Program-made: the position numbers and the translations under genes
The notes under the pieces: generated by a model
Databases searched by the model: none
What the model saw: the letters and a program-made list of their open reading frames with translations, nothing else
What the model was told of the DNA's origin: nothing
Shown: piece by piece, positions 25,325 to 36,431 of the stretch
Position numbering within the stretch: the stretch's first letter is position 1
Layout: each line of letters starts with the position of its first letter
Source: Pseudogymnoascus verrucosus
Lineage: Eukaryota
Reading direction: 5' to 3' (one strand)
Length of the DNA stretch: 64,000 nucleotides
NCBI GenBank assembly: GCA_001662655.1
Contig: KV460206.1

Positions 25325-26375
25325 GGCTATTCTCACTCCTATGAAGCGATAGTCGAGTGGGGAGAGATCATCGGCACCTGAAGGGCGAAACGTCTCAAGG
25401 TGAGAAGCTATTCATGGGGTTGCGAATGTGATGAAGTGCAACGGATCAGATGTGGGCGCAAGGGGGAGAAAGAGGGCGGTAGGTGTTGCACTCGAGATAT
25501 ATACATAGCCTTCAGCGACATGGTAGGCTGGACGGGATGCAAGGCGGACGCAAGGTGACAGGAAGCTGTGCACCTCGGAATTGAGGGAGAGGCAGCCATT
25601 GGGTAGAGAGGGACGGCAGGTGTCGAATTGAAGAGCCTACCAAAGTACTGTAAGCAGACGCATTAAGGTACCTTTTGTGATAGTGCAGTCAATATCAGTT
25701 TGGTAGCGCCGGGAGATGTGAGCGACGACGATATGGAGAAGTTTAGTGGAGGAGAAGTTGACGTCCCGCAGTTGATATGCGTACTGGGGGAGGACCCTGT
25801 CATGTTTGGATGGCTGGTGTCCAGTAGTTCTGAGCTGTTAAGCGCTGATGTGAATCTGTGTGTGCCTGGGCTAAAATGGGTGGTGGTGATTGGTGGGGCC
25901 TGACCGCGGGCCTGACCGCGAATTGGGGGGGAAGTAATGTGACGGTAGGGATGTATTTCTGCACTCGATATTCAATGCATGTGTCGGTGACTGGTGTACC
26001 GACAGTTCTATCACCTCTCCACAGTCAGGGTAGCATCACTTTCTCCTGTCAGACCAAGGTTCGGTATAGTCACTGGAGTATGATATTGATCGTCACGGAG
26101 GTAATAAGCTGAAGTGACACTGTGATGTGACCCGGCGATCAAATGTGACGAGAAACCCGCAGTGACGGCTCGCTCTCTTCCCGTGATCTCGGCGCCAACT
26201 GTATCATCAATCATCATGCCCAGAAATCTCTGTGGTAATACAATGTCATAGTATTCGCTAGGTATGTACAGTACAGTGCCCAGACATACTTCTATTTCAG
26301 GATCCCGGGATCACGGTATCCCTGCCCTGCCCTGCCATTATTGAAGCGGGAGGGCCAACCTCACACCACCTAGAT

Positions 26376-27795
26376 CTAGAACTTATCGCCATTCAATATC
26401 GGCTTCGCGGCCTCGCTCTTCCACCAGCTTCCCTCCACTCCTGGGAAGCCAAACTCCACCATGCTCGCCTCCTTCATCTGCACCGAGTATCCCGGCTCGG
26501 TGGGCGTGACGTAGTGACCATTCTCCACCTTGCTGGGGTGCTCGAAGTGATCGTGCAAGTGGTCAACGTACTCCAGGACGCTCTTCTTTCCACTGACAAC
26601 GACGTAGTCGATGGTGCTGAGATGCTGGGTGTACTCTGGGAGTCCCACACCGCCCGAGTGGGGCACAATCGGGACGCCAAACTTCTTCGCCATGAGGAGC
26701 ACGCAGAGCACCTCGTTCACGCCACCCAGACGGCATGCATCGATCTGGCAGATATCAATGGCACCATATTGCAGCATCTGCTTGAAGATGACTCTGTTTT
26801 GGCACATCTCACCAGTAGCAACGCCAATGTTGTATTTCTTCAGCGCGTTGCGGATAGCGGCATGTCCGAGAATGTCATCAGGCGAGGTGGGCTCCTCAAT
26901 AAACCACGGCTTGAACTCCTTCAGGTGCTCCATGTACTCGATGGCCTCCGGCACGGACCAGACCTGGTTCGCATCGATCATCAGAATGTTGCCCTTATCG
27001 TATCCAATCACCTCACGGGCGATCGAAAGTCTCTTCCTGTCCTGCTCCACACTCGTTCCGACCTTGAGCTTGAAATGCTTGTAGCCCTGGGCCAGGGTCT
27101 CCTGGAGCAGCCCCTTCATCTTCTCCTCTCCGTATCCCAACCATCCCGCACTAGTAGTATACGCTGGGACAGCGGTGTTCTTAAGTGCCTCTTGTAGTCT
27201 CTCCGCCTTTCCTGCCTCCATCTCCTTGAGCATTGCTATCGACTCCTCGGGCGTAATGGCATCAGTAAGGTATCGGAAATCGATGCAGCGAGTGAACTCC
27301 TCAGGCGTCATCTCCGCCACAACCTGCCACACTGGCTTGCCCAGCGTCTTAGCCCAGAGATCCCACAGCGCATTGACGACGGAACCGAGAGCAAGGTGAA
27401 TAACTCCCTTCTCGGGACCGATCCATCTCAGCTGCGAATCCGACACCAGGTAGCGCCAGGTCTCACCCATGTTGGCGACCAGGGAGGACAGCGTCCTGCC
27501 CTTTAGGCGCTCAGCAACATGTGCAATGGCGTGGCAGACTGTGTCATTTCCGCGACCAATAGTGAAAGTCTATTGAGTGTTAGGGAACCTGCTGCGGGGT
27601 AATAATGGCGGGTGGGGGATTGGAGGGAAAACAACGCACCATTCCATGACCAGAGTACTCAGAATCGGTCTGGAGAATGCAGTATGCAGCCGAATAATCA
27701 CCAGCAGCGTTCATGGCATCCGAGCCAGTCTTGTCAAGGGAAGTTGGAAACCTAACATCGCGGGTCGTCCAGTCGGTGATGGTAATTTCCGCCAT
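26376..27795 (-). CDS. gaaB: L-galactonate dehydratase (enolase superfamily, D-galacturonate pathway; GaaB/LGD1); exons 27795-27640, 27569-26376
   Basis: Motifs [86 protein letters not shown] and [11 protein letters not shown]. The promoter carries GARE motifs. Confidence 0.9.
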
Positions 27796-28082
27796 TGTGA
27801 GTTAACGCGTCGCTTTAAGAGGGGAATGAGAAGCGAATTGGAGGGAGAAGAGGCAAAAGGCTATGTAGAAAACACAATGGAGAAAATTATTTTCTGCTCA
27901 AGATGGAGGCCAAAGGAGAGACTTATAACGGAGAAATCGGTTTAATGGGTCGGTCATATGTGGAAAACATCCACCGTTCTCGGTCCCTCTGTCTCCATTC
28001 TCAAATACTTCCCCGCTCTTACTGCCGGGCGGTGAGTGTCTCGACAGCTGCAACAGCGCGGAAACAGCGGGCAAAACTTCTG

Positions 28083-28172
28083 ATTGGTGGGATAATCCTG
28101 GGCGGAAAGGCACAGGAAACGGAAGGCGGCAGTGAACTTTACCCGGCTGCTGACTAAGCTGGAATTGGTGGA
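28083..28172 (-). promoter_or_regulatory. Two galacturonate-responsive elements (YCCNCCAAT) upstream of gaaB
   Basis: Minus-strand CCCACCAAT at 28091-28083 and TCCACCAAT at 28172-28164, about 290-380 bp upstream of the ATG. CGG triplets and SYGGRG (CreA-type) hexamers lie nearby, e.g. GTGGGG/GCGGGG around 28194-28218. Confidence 0.75.
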
Positions 28173-28789
28173 CCCGCCCCTGGAGACCCCAACCCCCACG
28201 CTTCCCCGCCACCCCCACGTCAACGTTGGATACAGACCCACCGACAACTTCTCAGTTGTTGAGCTGTAAAGTCACGACACGCCATCAGCATCCACTTCAT
28301 TCTTTCCTTATTCGGGATTCATAGGATGAACGAGACTCAAAAATTTGGTTTAATCTTATTATCTATTGTTTGATAATTTTTTGCTATAACGGTGGTTTTT
28401 GAGGCGCTCCAAACCGAGCCCCAGAGTTGCCTCCCAATCCCAAAACCAATCTACGATAACAAGTAAAAGTGCAACGCGTGAATAGCCCTCTCTAGCCAGA
28501 GAGGCCTCTAAATGCAACGCCATATAAGTCAATCTCCGTATTCTCTTCGTACCCTCCTCCCTCGTCCAACCTCTCAATTAAGTTGTCCCCGGCCCTGCCA
28601 GAGTCGTGTTGGACCATTATTAACCTGCCAAACATTCTCCAGTAAAGTCTGCTTTTGCGAATTCCGATGATGTGAAAGTCATGCTTTTCCTTGACGCGTT
28701 TTGAAATGCTGCCTGGGCGAAATCAAGCGGAGAGGCTGAGCAGTGAATCGATCGAGGCATCGTCTTGTGAATGCCATCCGTCGGACAAA

Positions 28790-29926
28790 CTAAAGGCTCC
28801 TCTCCAGAGACACCAGCTCCTTGAACATGTTTGTCCACCTTTGGCCCTCCTCCTTGGTTGGCTGAGGCAGAGGGCTTCTCGCATATCCTCCATAGCCGAA
28901 GCAGCCCTGCATGCCAGCCTTGGTGCCAACAATTCCCCCTTGAATGGCGGCCCAGTCGCCCTTGGCTACGACCTCTTGCATGGCCTGAGCCTCAGTAATG
29001 TTACCTGATTTGTAAAGATCGATGGTCTTAATGCAAGCCTTGGGAGAGATGTTTGCGAGCCCAGCAAGGATACCGTGTCCACCGCCAATCATAGTCTGAA
29101 GGGTGAAGTCCGCTGAGCCTCCGAGGACAAGGAATGATGGAACGTTCGAGGAAGGTTTGGCCGACTTGGTTGCTGCAACGATGCGGTTCAACTTTCCAGT
29201 GTTGCCGCAGGTAAGTTTAACGCCGACGATGTTTGAATGCTTGGAGAGCTCAATGATGATATCCGAGCTCAAGTCGAGACCCGAAACAGCGCCAGGGTAG
29301 TTGTAGATGATGAGTGGGATTGGCGAAGAGTCTGCGACATCGTTGAAGAACTTCAGAACTGACTTGGAGCTTGGTGCAAACAGAGGTGCGTAGTAGGATG
29401 GTGGTAGAACCAGGGCGTAGTCTCCTCCTGAGCGGTGTGCCTCTCTGCATAATTGGATAGCCTCACGAGTAGACTGTGCGCCACAACCAACAATGATTGG
29501 CAGGTCACTGTAGCCGGCATCGGCGAGGGCCTTCCTGGTCGTGGATGTCACTTGTTGGCGCTCGGTGTGTGATAGATGCACAGCCTCTCCGTTGGAGCCT
29601 TGGGTTGCAATGCCGGCAACGCCTGCTCGTGCCAAGCGGACAGCATGGGTGGCGATGGTCTCGTGGTCGAGATCCTCAGAGCCCTCGTGGAAGAAGCAGA
29701 CGGTGGGGACATAAACTCCTGGAACAAGAGGCCGTGAGACGTGCTCGGCCATTTCTAAGGATGATGCGGTGGTAGAGGTGCTTTCAAATGAGCTACTGTA
29801 GTGTACTTCGGAGTCTGAGTAAACGTTCCTTGGAATTTGAGATTGTGAGGCAGTGATCCTAATTGGCATACCATGAGATTGTGTGTAGCTCCCAGAAGGT
29901 GATGGGGCGTCGCTGTGAGGAGACAT
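28790..29926 (-). CDS. DHDPS/NAL-family class I aldolase related to L-threo-3-deoxy-hexulosonate aldolase (LGA1/GaaC), probably a paralogue; alternative start 29752
   Basis: Motifs PGVYVPT, QGSNGEAVHL, LVLPPSYY, IPLIIYNYP, Schiff-base Lys in NIVGVKLTCGNTGKL and GYGGYARSPL. Intronless. Confidence 0.88.
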   Translation of the reverse strand: MSPHSDAPSPSGSYTQSHGMPIRITASQSQIPRNVYSDSEVHYSSSFESTSTTASSLEMAEHVSRPLVPGVYVPTVCFFHEGSEDLDHETIATHAVRLARAGVAGIATQGSNGEAVHLSHTERQQVTSTTRKALADAGYSDLPIIVGCGAQSTREAIQLCREAHRSGGDYALVLPPSYYAPLFAPSSKSVLKFFNDVADSSPIPLIIYNYPGAVSGLDLSSDIIIELSKHSNIVGVKLTCGNTGKLNRIVAATKSAKPSSNVPSFLVLGGSADFTLQTMIGGGHGILAGLANISPKACIKTIDLYKSGNITEAQAMQEVVAKGDWAAIQGGIVGTKAGMQGCFGYGGYARSPLPQPTKEEGQRWTNMFKELVSLERSL

Positions 29927-32900
29927 GATTTAAGTTTAATGGCAGGCACCCTTAAATAATGATTCAGGTGGCAGTGACGATGTGCAAATGGGACAATGGG
30001 TCTTCAAATGCGGTGGAATGTGAAATCAAATGGCAAGAACTAGATAGTTGCGTGCTTTGATACTGAAGTGAGAACGGGAAGATGAATGCAGGAAGGAATG
30101 AAGGAAGACGGAACGATAGTCAAAGAAAAGGAGGAAAAGAAGGGGGAAGTCTCTGCGACTTATATGTGAATTTTTCGGATTCAGTTGGAAAAGTGGCTTG
30201 GCGATCGGAAGGCACGATGATGGGTCGAGATCCAAGAAAATGGGCTGGGGGGCGTGAGGGGGGAAGGATGGGGGGGAAGGGGCTGTGGGGGTTAGCCTTG
30301 TCAGGTGTGGACGGGGTCGTCAATAGCGGAGATGGAGATGGGTGTGAGGGGCGGGTGAGGGGCGGCGGCAGACACAAAGGGCATAGGAAAGACCACGAAA
30401 GACCAGAACAACGGGCCCATGAAGGCCCATATAGCCCATATAGCCCATATAGCCCATTATACTCCTCAGTACTGTACATACATACTAGAGTAACACGGAA
30501 CTATACCGTACAGTACAGTATAGTACAATATGTTGCAAGGGTATCAAGAATTCGCTCATATGTTCAATTGTTTGACAGTTTTCTGGCCACCATTATTATC
30601 GGCGTTGGCATTGGATTCGTAGAATATATATTTTAGTGATGCTATTGACATGATTTCGTCTTGGGCAGTCACAGACATCGGAGACACCGGGTGGCGGGCA
30701 AATAATCATCCTCAGTGCAAGCCAATGCAAAACCGACGACGTCGCCCAAAAACACACGACTCGCACACGGCTCAGGTATCATAACAAGGCCTCAGGGTTA
30801 CCCAAGTGGTCAATTTCGAGGCATGAGACCTCCAAGACAGAGTATTCGACTATTAGAAGCCGTGTATACGATATATGATGCATGAAATGCAATGCTGGAG
30901 AACCGGCGATCTTGGAAGACCCCTCACGAGACCATCTCGTGAACGTCCTTTTACGGGCCAGACACATAAACCGCACGAGAGCCCAGATGCCCTAGATGCC
31001 AGAGCCCAGCCAGAGCTTGCCGGCTTGTCGTCTTGGCTCGTAGGCATGTTTTCAGGTTTTGCCCCAGCCTTGTTCTTACAATACAGTCAGCTTCCCACAG
31101 GAACTACTGTAAATCCTGTCAAACTTGCGAGAACAGCATGCGCTGTAAAGTGGCTGGATTGAAAATAGAGTACCATGTAAGGTAGGTACTATACTTACCG
31201 TTGACAGGTATGGCAAGGCTCGTGTCCATGCTCCGATGACCGCGTGTGAAGCGTCTTGTGATGGGGGGGGGTGAAGGGGGTGATGCCCTCGTCTACGCCG
31301 TCGTCGTCGCCTCCCCCTCGTCGCCCCCCCCCCATTCCATCCACCTCCACGTCCAGTACCAATGACCCTTGCTGCAATGACAACGAAGATACTTCTAATG
31401 CAGTAGCATGCATAGTACCCAATCCCAGTACCTCTAAGTACCAGATGCACACTGGCCGCGTACTCGAGGTGCACAGGATCCACAAAGGCTCGTGCTTCCG
31501 TGGGGGTCAACAACGATCGACCCTTGAACGACAGGGCGAGAACGAGGCCCCCAGGCGCTTCTCTCCTCTTCCCCTTGACGAATTTCCCAACATCCACATT
31601 TTGAACTATAGTACAGTAACTACGACTACACTACTATCGTAAGTAACCTTCCATTCTTGGTATGCTGCTCTGCTCTTTCCGCACTTCCAACTTTCCAACT
31701 TCCCCCCAACTGACGGCCGTTGTAGCTGAACCCCATACTAGTCTCACTGGTCTGCTGCTCCAAAACCGACCTACTGCACTCACTTCCGTTATCATCATCG
31801 GTCTTTCTCTCCGTGTCTACTTCCGTCTGCCGTCTCGGCTCCCCGCATAATCGTCCTGGGTGACAGTACTCCGTGTTGTACATCTGCCCAATCCAGATGC
31901 AACCTCTCCTCTCCCCAAGAGAACAAACAGCGCCAAATCGACAGGGAGAGACAGGCATACACCAGCTGCAGCCGGTCCCGTGCTGGAAAACAAAGGCTGG
32001 GACATCATCTAGAGGGGAGAGCTCCAGCGCCACGCCAGCAATCCACACAGCTGGAATCGCCATATAATTGGCGAAGCGTGGGTGGTAAGCAGCGTTACGG
32101 AGGCGCCAAAAGGCAACCCCAACCTCGCGAGAGTTCCTACCCGATCGTCTCATGTGATGGGAGTCAAATGGGACGCATTTGGTTGGCGCTGCATCCCCCG
32201 CACGTCGAGCTAGAGCATCTTGACGCTCAGCTGCATTTCAGCTGCAGATCGACCTTTGGCGAGACGATCAATCAGTCGGGGGGGTTGCGACTGCCCAAAC
32301 TGCGCGAGGCATCCACTGATTCTTTGACCGGTGATACTCTACTCCTGTTGTTTCTGCTGCTGTGCTGTTACTGCCGCGCAGTTCCTGCACCGTTGCTGCA
32401 CTCGTGAACCCAACAGCCACGAAACATCCTCTCCCCGCCGTTGAACTCTCCATATATCATCTCCATCTGCGTTTCCTTTTTGTCTCATCTGCATCACGCG
32501 CTTGCGCAAACTGCCCTCGTGCTCTCCCACGACCGCCCACTTAAGCATTCACGGCAAAATAGTGATTCGCTCCAACACTCGCTGCACTGTCGTGTACCCC
32601 CTTCTCCAAGGCCCAACTCCACATTCTGGACGCTGACACTGCACCGCACATCTCCTTACACAGCCTCGTCTTCCTGTCTAGAGCACCATAGAGCACCACC
32701 GGACTCGGCCGCCTACAGTAACAAATGCGCTCTTAAAACAGTCTACAACAGTACAGCATAGTACTCCTCACTACCCTTCACTACCACCCCTCCTCTCGCC
32801 CCAGTCCCGCGTCCCAATATTTAATAATAGTGTGGGGGTCCATCACCACCCCTGCAGTCTCGCCCCTTCTCCCACGCCACCCCACAAACCATCCCCCATC

Positions 32901-33994
32901 CCGCCCATCCCCAACGGCAAACAACCGCCAACACCTACCTCCAGCATCCCATCCCCAACCCATCCCACGCTCTCCAAAACCCGCCGACCACGGAGTGCCC
33001 ATCGCCCGTACCTGACATCGCGGCCACCCCGGCCCCCAACTTACCACACCCAGCGACCAAAAAAGAGAAGAAAGCCACTAAGCGCCCCTACCCTCTAGCT
33101 CGCTCCTACCCCACAAAGCCACACAGACGCTGCACAGCCACAGCACACACACATTCAGCGAAAATCATAACAGGGGGAGGGATGGAAGCGGCGCTAGGGC
33201 GTAAGCCACACCACTATACGTAGGAGGCACGTGCCGCGAAGAGCTAACCCCGCAATTCCCGTTTTGGGGAGGGAGTGCAGAAGGGATGGGGAGGGGGAGG
33301 GGGTGTTGTTTACAAGGGCTGGATGCGCCGTTCTGCATTCTTTGATGGTTGGTGTTGGGATTGTTGATGTTGTGAGGTGATGGAGGGGGATGGGGATGGG
33401 ATGAGGATGTTTCGTTTCCTGCGAGGTGGGTGTGTTTGTTGGGAGGGAGTTGGTTTGTTTACATCGGAAGTTCGGAGTCGCTCGCACATGGGTGGACGTC
33501 ACTGTTTCCCTCAGTTTAACCTCGGAGTCGAGACAGTGCGAGACGAAGACTACACTCAATAACAACGACCTACTCTCACGACCATCAAATACATCAACTG
33601 GGAAGGTGCCAACGATCACGAAAGACCGACATGCCCATCCCTCAAACCGCGCACATACCCTTCCTCCTCGCACGCCATCTCGCACCATAAACCACAACAC
33701 AGACGTCACAAGCAAAAAATCATGGGAAATAAAGGAAGATATTTCTTCAATTCTTCATAAAACTCCGGCAAAGCCCTAACGGCGGCAATGCCAGATCTCT
33801 AGTTGCTTCACTATTCTGTTCTTTGGGGGGATATCAAACGCCGCGCTAAATAAAAACACACACCTCCGAGCCAGCCCAGCCAGCCGCCTTTTCGTTTTCA
33901 TCCGGGACGCGCCCACCATTTTCATAAAACACATGTCTCGGGAGGAGCAATCTCACTGCCCCGCACCCTTGCCGGGCGTGGAAACGCCCTCTCC

Positions 33995-36431
33995 TCACCG
34001 CCCGCTGCTCTCCCGTCCCTGTGGATGCGCCGCCATGAAAGCCTCAAAACCCTGGCTCACCTCCACCGAGCTGGTGCTATCACTAGGACTCGCCAGCCCA
34101 CTATCCACATCCCCCGACCCGGCCTGGCCATCGCTCATTCCAAAGCCGAAGCCGTACCCGCCACCGCCGCTGCGCGCACTGGAGCTCATCATCCCGCCTA
34201 GGCTTATTAAGCTGGCGGAGTGAGAACTGCCTAGCCCGACCTCGCTATTGTCTCGCGAGAGCAGAGGCTTCTCGGGGAGAGCCTTCAGGAGGCCAGTGCT
34301 GGTATCCAGCATGCCAAGCGCGAACTCAGTTAGGCCCTTCACGCCGCGCCCTTCACCATCCGCGCCGACTCCGGCGCGCGCACTGACTCCAAGCGTCCAG
34401 CGGTACTCCTTCAGGCGCATGCGGTAGAAGTCGGCCTCTTCCTTTCCAGGGGCAGTTGCCCATAGCAGAGACCCAAAGGTTCCGATGAGGGCGAAGTTGG
34501 TCTTGGACGAGAAGTACCAGAAGGCGCGGAGATGGCTTGGTGTCAACCTATTCACAAAATCCATTGCGCTGATCAACCGAGTTTTCGCGGCGGATCGGCA
34601 AATGTGGAGAATATAGGGGTCGACAGGAGGGAGGTTTGGTCCGGCCGGCGTGAGAGAGCGCACGATGCGGCGATGAAGCGTAATTTCAGTCGCGAAATAT
34701 GAGAGGTGCAAGAAGCCGGTAGATGACAGCCTGCTACCCTGGCTTCCATTGCTGAGTGGCGACGGCGAGGATGCCAGATTGGTGTGGCTATTCTCCATTT
34801 TCAGGCACACCGGCAGCGCAGCAAACCATTCTTTCAGCTTCAGCTGCACGGGCTTCGCCAAGGAGAGAACCATGTGGGTACCAGAAGTGCCGGCACGCGT
34901 CACATTATCCATGGCAGCAAGTGTATAGAAGGTTTCCAGGACTTCAGCTAGAAGTTGCGACAAGGATACCATCTCCGTGAAGAGGAGCCTACCACGCTCG
35001 TGTTCCAGCACCTCTCCATCCTCACGGTCATTATCATCGCCCGGGTCGCTATGGTCGTCAGGGAAATCGTTCCATGTGAGAGATCGCACTGCCCAGTTGG
35101 ATGCGAAGATATGCGATGGCCGTCCGTGTATGAGCGACCCCCATTTATCCTGCATATACAACGCCCAGGCCAAACGCTTGCGGAGACCGCGCTCCCAAAG
35201 TGGAATCTTCCAGGTCGAACAATCGAGATGAAGGCCTAGCTCTTGGCCAATGGCGACAAGCTGTGCCGTCGGCGCCCATTGGTCTCCCTCCGGACGTTGT
35301 GATAGGAGTAGGCCGGCTTGTATTGTCGACAACTTTGGCCGATACATGGCATCTGCCAATGACGTACGTACGAGCCGCTCAAGCTCTCTGACATTCGGTC
35401 TCGGGGACTTGGCCAGCTGTTCGCTGTGGTCCCACCAGTTGATTGCTAGAATATACATTGCAGCTAACAGTGCAGGCGAAAACTCTTGATATGACCTCGC
35501 ATATTTCTCTAGAAATACGGTCTTTTGGATTATAGGAAAGCTTGGGTGAATAACATGAAAGTACAGATCTATCAGGGCCGGGCCGTGAGGAGTGACGATT
35601 GCCTCGACGGCATCCGAGTCCTCTATGACATGCTCATATCCAGGGGTGTTGTAGTCTGGGAGCATCAAGAAGGTATCAACATCGCTGACCTTCCTCAGCG
35701 TGCCTCTTGAGAGAAGACTCTCATCTTGAGGATCAAAATGCGACAAGTCGAGAAGGGAGGGCTCGAAGTCTGTTGTCGGCCCTATATATTGACTGTAACG
35801 ATCGTTCTGTAAGCCGAGCGTGCGTTTCAGCATCGCTGGCCCGCCAATGTTGGCCATATCTTCGATGAGAGAGCCGGCGCAGGTGCTGGAATTGCTCGAC
35901 TCAGGCTGCCTCCGCTTGGATGGTTCTTCGGGCCTGTCTGGAGACCTAGAAGGAAGTCGGATGCGTTAGCATGAGTCCGACTTACGCAATCTAAATACAG
36001 GATACAGGTAGGTGGATACAGGTAGGCGCGCATCTCTCTAGCGCTATATCGGGGACGAAAACGAGAAATACATACCTCCTCTTGGCACCGGAGTCCTCTT
36101 TTACCTCCTTTCCTTCTTCGGGAACAAGCTTTCTCTTGCGCGGCTGCGGACTCTGGACAAACGTGCAATCCTGCTTGTGGAATTTGCACAAGACACACGC
36201 AACCTGGCCCTCGTGTATAACGCACTTACTCTTGCGCCTTCTGCAGGCATCACACGGCCGGTCCTTCCGGGTACGTGTGTTGGGTAGGTCACCGTCTACT
36301 ATCAAGCTTCTCATGCTCGAGGAGGCCTTTGGTTTTATACTCTCCTTCGCAGGCGTGTCGTTCTTGGCATGGTTGGGTTTGGCAGCAATGGGGATGGGAG
36401 CCGTCCGAGGGATAGAAATGGGGGTCGACAT
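33995..36431 (-). CDS. Zn(II)2Cys6 transcription factor with fungal TF middle-homology domain, DAL81/TamA-like family; exons 36431-36076, 35945-33995
   Basis: Binuclear cluster CDACRRRKSKC-x7-CVLCKFHKQDC. Motifs LYFHVIHPSFPII and ELGLHLDCSTWKIPLWERGLRKRLAWALYMQDKWGSL. The GTATGT..GCTAAC..TAG intron splices in frame. The family assignment is from recall. Confidence 0.92.

Noticed and set aside
26514..27197. Long antisense ORFs over gaaB (similar ones at 61552-62484 over GLT1 and 16234-16830 over RPT6)
   Set aside because: These are shadow ORFs produced by codon bias of conserved genes on the other strand.
30082..33779. Many 100-180 aa ORFs in the aldolase-TF spacer
   Set aside because: They have no recognisable domains, reflect G/C homopolymer tracts and overlap on both strands.
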